DNA of 64,000 bases from Puccinia triticina (Eukaryota). The stretch covers positions 620,001 through 684,000 of the forward strand of contig CP110440.1 in NCBI GenBank assembly GCA_026914245.1, written 5' to 3'. The notes under the pieces were generated by a model, which was given only the letters and a program-made list of their open reading frames with translations, had not been told where the DNA came from and ran no database searches. The translations under genes were made by a program, and so were the position numbers. The first letter of the stretch is position 1. Every line of letters starts with the position of its first letter. Shown here one piece after another: positions 49,381-60,610 of the stretch.

Positions 49381-50480
49381 CACTGTGAAAAAAACTCAAG
49401 AAATTGGTGTCAGTTGACATGCAATAACTTTGATATTACTTTGATTTGAACCTGGGTTCTTCCCTGTTCATTCCATGAGTCTTCCAGACTAGATATTTTC
49501 CATGTTCATTCCATCATTAACAGATGTAGTGCATGCACCTATGAATGGGTTATGCTTGCATGAAAGGGGTATTTCCACATGAAAGGAATAACATCAAAAC
49601 TGTATTCACACATGAAAGGGATATGCACGCATGAAAGGGGAATGTGAAAAGGTGTATTTACACATAAAAGGGATATTTTCACATGATGAAAGGGGTATGT
49701 GCACATGTAAGGGGTGTTCATGAAAGGGATATGTATACATCAACGGGGTATGTGAAAATGAAAGGGTTACATACACATCATGAAAGGGGTTTGTACACAT
49801 CAAAGGGGGATGTAAAAATAAAAGAGGTATTCATGCATGATGAAAGGGGTGCATGCACAGGAAAGGTGTGAATATGAAAGGGGTGTGCACATGAAAGGGA
49901 TATATACACATGAAATGGGTATTTGCACACAAAAGGGATATGTGCACATGAAAGTGGTATGTGATGAAAGGGGTACGCGCACATGTAAGGGGTATTCATG
50001 AAAGGGATATGTATACATCAAAGGGGTATGTGAAACAAAGGGTTACATACACATGATGAAAGGAGTTTGTACACATCAAAGGGGCATGTGAAAATGAAAG
50101 AGTTATGCATGCATGATGAAAGGGGTGCATGCACAGCAAAGGTGTGAATATGAAAGGGGTGTGCACATGAAAGGGATATATACACATGAAATGGGTATTT
50201 GCACACAAAAGGGATATGTGCACATGAAATCAGTATGTGCACTTGAAAGGGGTAGGGGAACATGAAAGGGGGATTGCACAGGTCTCAACTGAGTATCTTG
50301 AAACCTGTGCTAAGTTTTTTGTAGTTCAGAATTAGCTTGCATAAATTAGGTAATGTGCAAAGATTGCAGGGTAGAAGAAAATTGGCATTCATGGGTATGA
50401 TCCTTGTTCTAATTGAGGATTAACTTGAGTATGCTGGATGTCAACTGACAGCAGTTTCTTGAGTTTTTTTTTTCATAGTG
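49381..50480. mobile_element. CACTA MITE with a TGAAAGGGG minisatellite
   Basis: CACTGTGAAAAAAACTCAAG...TTCATAGTG and TSD AGC. Confidence 0.9.
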
Positions 50481-52404
50481 AGCCATACAACAGAACTAAA
50501 AGTCTGTTCTGAATGTGAGTAGTGCTTTTCCTTGTTAAACTTATCTCAATCTTAGTAACTTATGATGTGATCTTCTAAATCTAGGCACACCAAGTGAAGG
50601 AGTGTTGTATTCAGGTGTTGATGCCTGGCAGTCGCCCAACAGGCTCAATATCCTAGGCACTGTCATTTACCAATTATTTGAGGACAATTCCCTTGATCCA
50701 AAGCTGGAGGCTATTCCTCTTGACTTCATTTGGCTGGCTGAAAGTCACACAGGCGAGTGTTTGGCACGGATTATTACTTTGGTGGTGGAAAAGTTTGGGA
50801 TTCAAGATAAGGCAAGTTTTCTTCGTATGAACAGTTATGATACTCCCTTGACTGAACTTCAGGTATTAAGATCTGCCAGATTGTCAGCAACAATGTGTCA
50901 AACAACAAAGTAAAGGTCAAAGAGCTCAAAAAGCGGAAGTGGGGGCGGTTCAGAGGCAAGGCCCAATGGATTCAATGCTTTGCACACATGCTTAACCTCA
51001 TTGCCCACGGCATACTCCAACCCTTCGGAACCCAAAAGAAATCCAAGGCAGCAAAAAAAACAACAACTGTTGTTCAAGACAACTCAGATGGATCGGGTTC
51101 TGAGGTTGAAGATTTGGAGGAATATGTACCCCAGTAAGTTGGGCTAGAATTCTGTGGCACAATCATGAAGCTGAAGCACCTTTCCTTTCCTCCTTTTTCA
51201 CTTTGTATGATTGCAGGCTTACCCAAGATGGAGCCGAGTCATCCTCCAATGATGAAGATGATGAAAGCAAGGATGAGTTACTTGAACAAAACCACGAGGA
51301 TGATGCAGTTTCTCTCAGCCTGGACGATATCAACAATGCGAGTGACCAAGAGGAATATGATACTTACGAGACCAATGGTTGCAAACAGACCTTGGCTAAA
51401 GTAATTATATTTTGATTGTTTTTTTTCAGGAAGATTAATACTGACGTGATTGCTTCAGTTTTGTGCAATTGCCAAGAAGTTGAGGTACTCCCCCAACTCC
51501 AAAATTGAGTTCATGCAGGTATGTCGCAAAAAAGGCTGCAAAACTCCGCATAACATCAAGCAAGATGTCCAAACCAGATGGAACTCGACCAATTGCCAAC
51601 TCACCAGCATCATCTGGTGCCAGGCTGCCATGTAAGCCAGTCTTACAATGATGGATTATTATAACATTATTAAACTGATTCAATATTTTTACTCCAACAC
51701 TGAATGGCAGTGTCACACAAAAGGCACGGTATCAAGCGCAAGTGTCACTTCAAGACGTCCTACTTTGATTTATCGCGCGATATGGTTGACATACTCAACC
51801 CGTTTCATGAGATAACCAATCAAATCTCAATTCATGGCTTGGCTTGCATATCAAACATTGTGGTGTTCATTGATCAGATCACGGAGCACTTATCAACCGC
51901 TATCACTGCTGTAAAGTATCCACCGGCATTGAGAAATGCAAGCCGGGTTGGTCTGAAAATTACCAACAAGTACTATAGTCTTACTGACTCCTCAGCTCTT
52001 TATTGGATTGCAATTGGTACATCTTTTTTTCCTTGTCTTAATCATTATTGTAGACTACCAACATGCTAAATCACTTGTCTCCTTCAGTGCTACACCCATC
52101 ATTTCGGGACAAGTACTTCAAGCTCTTGTATTGGGAGCCCAAATGGATTGCTGAAGCAATAAGACTCGCTCGGGAGATGTGGGTCTCGTTTACAAGCCTC
52201 AACACATTAATCCTCCAGCCTCAGCGGCTCTGGTCAACCCTAAGGTAAGGAATTGAGTAGATACAATCTTATGATTGGCGAATGTTGATTGATTTTGTCT
52301 CCTCAGCCCAGGACAGGAATGCTTGCCGGACTTGGCAGCGCTGCCGCGGCCCAAGGCGCAAACTGTTTAAGTGACCCTTTGGACATCTGGCTTGCAGGGG
52401 CACT

Positions 52405-52515
52405 CACCAGCAAAAAAAATGATCACTTGTCTGCAAGTGACATCAAAAAGTACAAAGGCCCCTTTTTACTTTGCTATGTCACTTGTTGGCAAGTGATCAT
52501 TCTTTTTTCCTGGTG
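52405..52515. mobile_element. CACCA MITE, 111 bp
   Basis: TIRs CACCAG..GATCACTTG, TSD ACT/ATT. Removing it restores GALVLQDSEPVNPLKWW. Confidence 0.75.
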
Positions 52516-52931
52516 ATTGTCCTGCAAGATAGCGAACCGGTCAATCCCCTGAAGTGGTGGTTGACACAGAAGAAACCCGGGAACACGCATGGGGGCCTGT
52601 TACAAATGGCACTTGATGTGTTGAGCTGTCCCAGTGAGTAAATCCCAACCTAAAACCTCTTGTGGCGCAGAAATTGATATATATTATTTTCAGCCACATC
52701 TGTTGATGTTGAGCGGGCTTTTAGTTTTGGACAAGATTATGTGTCACAAAAGAGACACCGGCTCTCAGCAAGATCACTAAGTAGGGGAATGAAGGTTGCA
52801 TTCTACTCCAAGAATGAAATGATCAAGGAAGGGGTTTTGGAAAGGTGGAAAGATAAGATTCAGAACAAGAAAAAGGAAAAAGATAAGGGTAAAAAAAAGG
52901 CAATAGCCATAGAAGTAGACAATTAGTTATA

Positions 52932-54454
52932 TGGGTTTACTTTGCGCACGGAGGGAAACTCGTTGCACATGGGAATTTCCGTTGACTGGACATCACGTGA
53001 CGTCGGGCCCCCCTCCGTGCGCGCCACCAGATCCCCTCAAAGAACTATCCGCACATGGGGGTGCCGTGCGGTGACAGGTGGCTGGGTTGAGACACTCCGG
53101 CCATCCGGAGCAAACAAAACCCTCAATGACTGGCACAGACCGGACATTGAGAGACTACATCCTTCTCGATGACCGGAATAGACCGGTCATTGAGAGGGTA
53201 TATCACATTTCTCTTGATGACCGGCATTCTGGTCATCGAGAGGACACATCCCCCTTGATGACCGGTACAGACCGGTCATCAGGAGGCTGCATCCTTCTCG
53301 ATGACCAGTACAGACCGGTCATTGGGAGGCTAAAATCCTCTTGATGACTGGAATAGGCTGGTCATCGGGAGGCTACACCTCTCGATGACCAGCATAGAAC
53401 GGTCATCGGGAGGCTACATCCCTCTTGATGACCAGAATAGAACGGTAATCAAGAGGTTACATCCCTCCCAATGACCGGAGTAGACCGGTCATCAAGAGGA
53501 TACATCTCTCTCAATGAACGGCATTCTGGTCATTGAGAGAACACCTCTCTCAATGACCGGCATTCTGGTCATTGAGAGAACACATCCCTCTTGATGACTG
53601 GCATAGACCGGTCATTGAGAGGGATGTGTCCCCTTGATGACCGGTACAGACCGGTCATTGAGAGGGATGTGTCCTCTCAATGACCGGTCTATTCTGGTCA
53701 TCAAGAGGGATGTGGCCTCTCAATGACCGGTCTATTCCGGTCGTTGAGAGGGAGTGACCTCTCAATGACCAGAATGCCGGTCATCAAGAGAGATGTATCC
53801 TCTCGGTGACCAGTCTATCCCGGTCATTGGGAGGGATGTAACCTCCCAATGAATGGTGTATTCCGGTCATCGAGAGGATTATAGCCTCCCAATGACCGGT
53901 CTGTACCGGTCATCGAGAAGGATGTAGCCTCCCGATGACCGGTCGGTACCGGTCATCGAGGGGGATGTGTCCTCTTGATGACCAGAATGCCGGTCATTGA
54001 GAGAGATGTGATATACCCTCTCGATGACCGGTCTGTGCCGGTCATTGGGAGGGATGTAACCTCCTGATGACCGGTCTATTCCGGTCATCAAGAGGGATGT
54101 AGTCTCTCAATGACCAGTCTGTGCCGGTCATTGGGAGGGATGTAACCTCCAGATGACCGGTCTATTCTGGTCATCAAGAGGGATGTAGTCTCTCAATGAC
54201 CGGTCTATTCCGGTCATCAAGAGGGATGTAGTCTCTTGATGACCGGTCTGTGCCAGTCATCAAGGGTTTTGTTTGGTACGGATGGCCGGATTGTCTCAAC
54301 CCAGTCACCTGTCACCGCACGGGACCCCCGTGTGCGGATAGTTTTTTGAGGGCAGCTGGTGGCGCGCACAGAGGGGGGCCCGACGTCATGTGACCTCGAG
54401 TCAACGGAAATTCCTGTGCGCAACGAGTTTCCCTCCATGCGCAAAGTAAACCTG
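52932..54454. mobile_element. Tc1/mariner-type MITE with a palindromic repeat array of about 36-bp units
   Basis: TIRs of about 190 bp (GGTTTACTTTGCGCA...), TA TSD, internal ACCGGTCATCGAGAGGGA units. Confidence 0.85.
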
Positions 54455-54456
54455 TA

Positions 54457-55137
54457 GTATGTTACTTTTCACACATAGCTTTTACAAGTGACAATTGGTT
54501 ATAAATTGTCACGTGTCAAAGCAAGGGAAGTTAAGTAACATAGTACAAATAATTTGCCCACAGCCAAGGAGGTTAACACGCCAAACTGTAGCCAATTCCC
54601 ATAACCAAAAAGGGACTCTGTAGCGTGCACAGGGTCCCCTCCAATATTTAAAGGAGCCTTTAGGGCCTCAGGAATTAATCCCCCAGACTATTCACCCACC
54701 ATAACCTGTAAGTTACTCGTGAATATTCTCCTCCTGCTTCCAGAGCAGTGTATCCCTTATAAAACCCCACCTAGCACGTCACAAATACTAGAATCTACCC
54801 TTAAAATTCAACAAATTCCCTTATAGAGCTAAATTCTTTAAAAATAATTGCAGTAAGACCACAGCCTCTGTCAAGCAGCCAATCAGCTTAAGCTCTTACC
54901 AGTTATTTTTACGCCTCAAACTCCTTGTTATTAATAATTATATATTATTAATAATAAAGTTCTTTACCTCTTACATAAGAGAGAAAACCCCTTGTAGTGG
55001 CTAATTACCACGTAACAAGCTTGGTATTATATTACCAGTGTTTTATTTCAGCACAGTTATAGTGCAAGGGCCCACAAACCCTAATTACATATACAATTTA
55101 CGGTTTTTGACCCTTAGCTTCATAAACAGAGCTGTCA
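54457..55137. repeat. Truncated, diverged family-A LTR
   Basis: Homologous to about 5780-6446; ends AAACAGAGCTGTCA. Confidence 0.8.
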
Positions 55138-56238
55138 ATGGGCCATGGTTATTGTTTCCTCTTGTGTCATCCCAAGCCATGTAGTAGATGCCTTGTTGGT
55201 TTTTTGCCTTGTTACCTTGTTGGAGGCTTTTTGTACCCTGTTCCCATCTTTCTCTTCGTCTCAGAACCACCTTTTTTCCCCTCACTATAAATGTAGAGCC
55301 TTTTGGCTCATTCTGTTTGTCCCCCATCAGATTGTCACTTTGTATCCCTGGTCACAGAATAAGAATTACATAGCCTATTTTACCACATATTCTACAGTAT
55401 ATTTTCCCCCTTGATTTTGTCTAGAAAGCACTATTCTCAACATCTCATCAGCCACACTTTTCTTTAAGAGTCCATACTCTTATACTTGTCCCATATTACT
55501 CTCCCGACCTGAGAGGCAGCTTTTCACGCACTCATCCCTCTCTAAGCTCTATTCCCCCAAAGAGTAGTTCCACACCGGGTGCCAAATGCCAACTTTATTC
55601 CAAAGGGGCAGCGGGGTCTGCCATGATGTGAAGTAAACAAGTGGTTTTGATTTGAAGACAAAGGCGGGCCAAAGTTGATTGTTATTGAGAATGAACACAC
55701 GTGATTCTGAGATAGTTTTGCTTTGTTTGTCGGAGGGTTGCGCTGGTTAGGTGCAACTGGGACTCATGACCTGTTGCGACAAACTGGAGCAGCAAAGACG
55801 AGCGGAGAGAGTGTGTTGGAAGGATGTATTTCAATATAGGAATGAGGAGAGAAAACACAATGAGAGAAAAGGAGAAACTGACCTGGAGCAGCAAAGACAA
55901 GCGGAAAGAGTGTGTTGGAAGGATGGGGAAAGAGTTTGACCAACACTGCTGCTCCAGGTTATATAGAGCTCTGAGAGAAGAGAGAGAGGATGTCACAGTA
56001 TGTGACATATACATGACATGAAAGATTGAAGCATACTACACAATGAGCCACCTTAACACTTATTGGGCCAGAGGATCAGTGGCAGACCTCTGCGCTGCGC
56101 TAAAAGTGCTGCTGATGTCAGCGTGGGGCAGCGGTTTCACTGTTGCCAATGCAAACAAATCTGAAATCACATTCATCAAGAAAAAATCCAATGATAAGCC
56201 CATGTTGCTCATGGCCTGCCTTGTGTCTAGGAAAACCC

Positions 56239-56326
56239 TGTTGAGTTGTCTGTTAGTCTGCTACCACAATTTATTACCAGAGTATGGAGGGCTGTTGGAC
56301 TGACTCATGAGCACTACCAACCAACA
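56239..56326 (+). repeat. Partial third copy of the TRIM LTR (continues at 60297-60318), split by a Gypsy insertion
   Basis: TGTTGAGTTGTCTGTTAGTCTGCTACCA matches 31352 onward. Confidence 0.8.
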
Positions 56327-59300
56327 TGTAAGGGCTCAGTCTAGCCCTTCACTGAATCCCTCAGATATCAGCGTAGTCCGTTACGAGACCGTATGTCTTG
56401 GAGAGAACCAAATTTCTAGAACCAGTGGTTGTATTGCTAGCTCAGTAGAAATAGTCAGTCGCGGTTCTCTCTATATACAAATGTATTGAAAGACAAATGA
56501 AAGAAGAAATGAGAGCTTACCTAGCTCAGTAGAAATAGTCAGTCGCAGTTCTCTACTGAGCTAGGTGGGAGGTGGGGAGCCGTGGACTAAGAGCGCGGGT
56601 CCGTGTGATTGTGTTGTGATATCCGTGTGAAACGCGGAGCTCACAGTCTCCCCCCCTATATTTGTGCGGGAAGGAGTGTGGAATCAGGTGGGCGATGTTG
56701 TCGGCGGAGTGTTGGGGGATGGGGAAATGCTGGCTGGGAGGACGCAAGGCTTGAGTTTGGAGACGTGGAATGTTGCGTGGCGCTTGTCACCATCCGGGAG
56801 TGCGAGTTGTACGCTCTGGCCATTGTTGAAAACTTGTAGGACCCGGTATGGTCCTTCAAAGCGTTCCTTAAGCTTATCCACACCGCCTTGATGGCGGCCT
56901 CGCCAGTCGGCTGAATCCAGGAATACCCAAGAGTCTGGAAGGATTGGGGGCCGGTCTCGTTGATGTCGGTTGTGTTGAATTGCCTGCCGGATGCGACTTG
57001 TCCAAAGCGCGTCTCGAGCTTCTGCCCACGCATCCTCCCTCGTCTGTAGCCAGCGTTCAAGAGTGGGCGCGGAGTCCGCGACGCCGTCTTTGGAGGGAAA
57101 AAGGCGGGGCTTGCGACCGAAGAATAACTCTAATGGGCTGTAGCCGGTCGCCACATTGACTGCGGAATTGATTGCAAATTCTACCGCCGGTAGCGACTCT
57201 AGCCACTTGCTCTGTTGTTTGGCTGTGAAGGACCGGAGGATCTGGCCGATTGTTTTGTTGCTACGCTCGCTGCGCACATCGGCTTGGGGATGGAAGGCGG
57301 AGGTCATGTGAAAGTTAATGTGTGGCTTATCCATCAATGCCTTCCAGAACTTCGAGGTCCACGCTTTGTCGCGGTCACTAATGATCGTCCAGGGGGCTCC
57401 AAAGGTGGCGATCCAGCCGGCAAAGAAGCGTGCTGCTGTTTTTTCTGCGGTGTCCTTCTGGAGCATTGGAATGATGCGTGTGTAACCCGAGAGCCTACAG
57501 GTACATGTCAGTATCATATCGTAGTGAGCTGACTGGCGGAGTGGTCCCACGAAGTCGATGGCAATGTCCGAAAGAGGCGTAGATGGTACGGCGGGAGTTT
57601 GCATCTTTCCTGTGGGAGCCGTGGTGGGTGCCTTTGTCCGTTGACATACCTCACAGCTTTTGACAAAACCGAGGGTGTCCTGAGAGATGCCCGGCCAGAA
57701 GAAATCCCGCCGCAGCTCGACGACGGTCTTGAGATATCCAAGGTGGCCGAGTCTGAGGTGGGCTTCTTCAATCAAGCTCGTGCGGAGGGACTTGTCGGCA
57801 GGGATCACCAGCCGGAAGTCCACGAAGAGGAGCCCGTCCAATTTGACACAGTCCTCCCGAAGAGGGAGGGCCTCTTTAAGGGACTTACAGAACTTATCAG
57901 TCTGATAGCTGAGTCGGACACGATCTTGGATTGTCGAGGATAGGGAGGTCCCAATCTCCGTGAGAGCGGCCACGCACGCAACATCGCCTGGTTCGATGGT
58001 TAGATCGTCTTCGCCCCCGTTCCTTCGCGACAGCGCGTCCGCCACCGTGTTCTTGTCCCCTCGGATATATTCAAACCGCAAATCGAAGTCTGCCAGGAGC
58101 TCCGTCCACCTTGCTTGTCGGCGGCTTAGGTTCCGTTGTTTCATGAAGTGGATGAGAGAGTGATGGTCAGTCAGGACATTGACCTTCATCCCAAGTAGTA
58201 GCATCTTCCATTTTTGGAGAGCGTGAATGACCGCCAAGAGCTCTTGCTTGTGAACCGGGTAATTGCGTTCTGCTGGCGTCATCTGATGCGATGGGTGATG
58301 CTCCTTTCCAGTCTTTCCCTTGGAACAGTGCAGCGCCGAGCCCCAATCCACTGGCGTCGGTAAAAAGCCACAGGGGATCGTCCGAGTCATAGTCGACATT
58401 TTTCAGGCAGGGAAGCGAAGTCATTATGCGTTTAATGTTATTAAAGGCGTCATCTTCTGCTTTACCCCAGGTGAAATCCTTGGGGTCCCGTTTACTACTC
58501 GTCAAGGGTGTGAGGGTGCCGACGTATTGTTGAAGCCCCCAGATGAATTTCTTCATCCACTGGACTGTTCCAAGGAATTTCTTGACTCCTTTCGCAGATC
58601 AAGGTGTCGGCCAATCCTGAACGGCTGTAATCTTGCTATCGTCTGGTTGAATACCCTCCTCAGAGACCCAATGTCCGAGGAACTTGATTTTTGTCCGAAA
58701 GAGATTTGTCTTCTTGGGGCTACAGTACAATTTGGCGGCCCGAAGTCGGCTGAGTACTCGGCGGACATGATCGGCGTGTTCGTTGAAGGAGCTTGAAAAA
58801 ACAACAATGTCGTCTAGGTAAACGACACAGATGTCGTTGATCAGGTCGCCTAGAGCCTCTTCTAGTCTCGCCTGGTGTGTAGCCGGTGCATTCGTGAGGC
58901 CCATTGGCATAACACGCCATTCATACAGACCCCACGGTGTCTTCACCGCGGTCAACGGGATGTCAGCCTCGCGCATTCGGGTCTGGAAGAAGGCATTTGT
59001 TTGATCTAAGATCGAAAACGCCTTACCAGATGCCACCAAGCGTATCAGCTCGTCAACATTTGGGAGGGGGGATCGATCTTTGACCGTTAAACTGTTAAGT
59101 CGTCGGTAGTCACAGACCCATCGGGGGAGTGCTTCCGGGTCCTTCTTAGGGATGATGAGGCTCGGGGAAGCGTATTGGCTCGTGGACCTGCGGATGCGTC
59201 CCGCTTCCACATGCTGTTCCAGTAGTTTCCGCCAGGCTGTGAGGTATGAGTACTGTTTTTCGTTGATGATCGCGTTGGGGTCCGTGAGAATGATCCGGTG

Positions 59301-60291
59301 GCGTACCCTAGAGCTTTCGTCTTGCATTAAGTTGGGGAACGGACCATCCGGGAAAAACGTGGGTTTAACGGATTCATCCGAGACTGCCGGGATGTCGGCA
59401 GGAAACAAGTCCGCGAACTCCTCTAGCATGGCTCGTTCCGCCCGTTCACGCGACTCGAGTGACGCTGGCGCCTCGGCGAGTTGAGTAATCTTTGAGACGT
59501 GGGCAGTCTTGACTCGGCAGTCACAGATTTTCACCGATGGTGAAGCACACGTAATCGATCGTTCGGGAAAGGACAATGAAACTTGAGCTTGCTGGAGGAA
59601 TGGGGTCCCCAGGATCGCATCATGGCCTCCGGTGATTGGTCCAATGTGGAAAGCGATCTGCCCGAGTTCAGTCGAAGAGGTGGGGTCGGTGAGGGTCGCG
59701 TGAGTGTAGAACGAAAGCATCAGGGGTGTCGATGAGTTGTTGTCCATCGCCAGCCCTACTCGAATGGGTTTTTTCAGTGGGATCTGTTTGAGGCCCGACG
59801 AGAGGGCCACCCGCGGCGCTAGTAAGTTCAGTTCAGAGCCTGTGTCCAGCATCGCCCTGATGATCTGTCCTCCTAGACGAAGACGAAAAATTAGGCGATC
59901 CGGACGCGGTATGGGAGGCGACATGTCGGAAGGGAAGGGAAAGCAAAGAAAATGCAGAAGTTCGTCGTAGTAGTTTGTATGTTGTGTTCGCGTTGGTTCA
60001 AGAAAAAAAAAGTGTAAGGGCTCAGTCTAGCCCTTCACTGAATCCCTCAGATATCAGCGTAGTCCGTTACGAGACCGTATGTCTCGGAGAGAACCAAATT
60101 TCTAGAACCAGTGCTTGTATTGCTAGCTCAGTAGAGATAGTCAGTCGCGGTTCTCTCGATATACAAATGTATTGAAAGACAAATGAAAGAAGAAATGAGA
60201 GCTTACCTAGCTCAGTAGAAATAGTCAGTCGAGGTTCTCTACTGAGCTAGGTTGATTTGTTGTGATATCCGTGTGAAACGCGGAGCTCACA
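56327..60291 (-). mobile_element. Gag-less Ty3/Gypsy element
   Basis: LTRs at 60013-60291 and 56327-56645, TSD CAACA, PPT AGGGGGGGAGAC. Confidence 0.92.
56684..59924 (-). pseudogene. pol: Gypsy pol (PR-RT-RH-IN) with frameshifts
   Basis: AMLDTGS, MPMGL, YLDD, FTDAS, TDH, HLG..C..C, IDFV and SDRD motifs spread over three ORFs. Confidence 0.92.
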
Positions 60292-60610
60292 CAACACTCA
60301 GCTGGCAGCCACAAGTGTTGTGGTGCTCTCACTGGTGCAGAAGTCTCAATGGCAAATGGATTAAGAGGCGGACTTCAAGATGCAGAAGGCAGAGTGGGAT
60401 ATTCAGGTCCTGCTCAAGTTCCAGTGAAGGTTTGGTTTGCATGGTATGTCGCACAGATTTTGATTCTCAAGGTTTGGTCCAATCAATCATCAAGTTTTCT
60501 GGTGTGGTATGCTTTATGGTTACCCATCTAGCCCATTTCAAAAAAAAATTCTTTCTCATCTGTACACTCACAAATCAACCAATACGGTGGCAAAACTGGA
60601 TACTAAGACC

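Larger units (their letters stand above)
48066..52931 (+). mobile_element. Degenerate hAT transposon with a spliced transposase pseudogene and three nested MITEs
   Basis: 5' TIR TAAAGATGGCA. Motifs DAWQSPN, CFAHMLNL, TRWNST, LHP, PLKWW, SVDVERAFS, with frameshifts. Confidence 0.85.

Noticed and set aside
55680..56171. Possible solo LTR
   Set aside because: Boundaries ambiguous and TSD only 4/5.
56435..56565. TAGCTCAGTAG A-box-like motifs in the Gypsy LTR
   Set aside because: No B box or cloverleaf; explained by a local duplication and hairpin.
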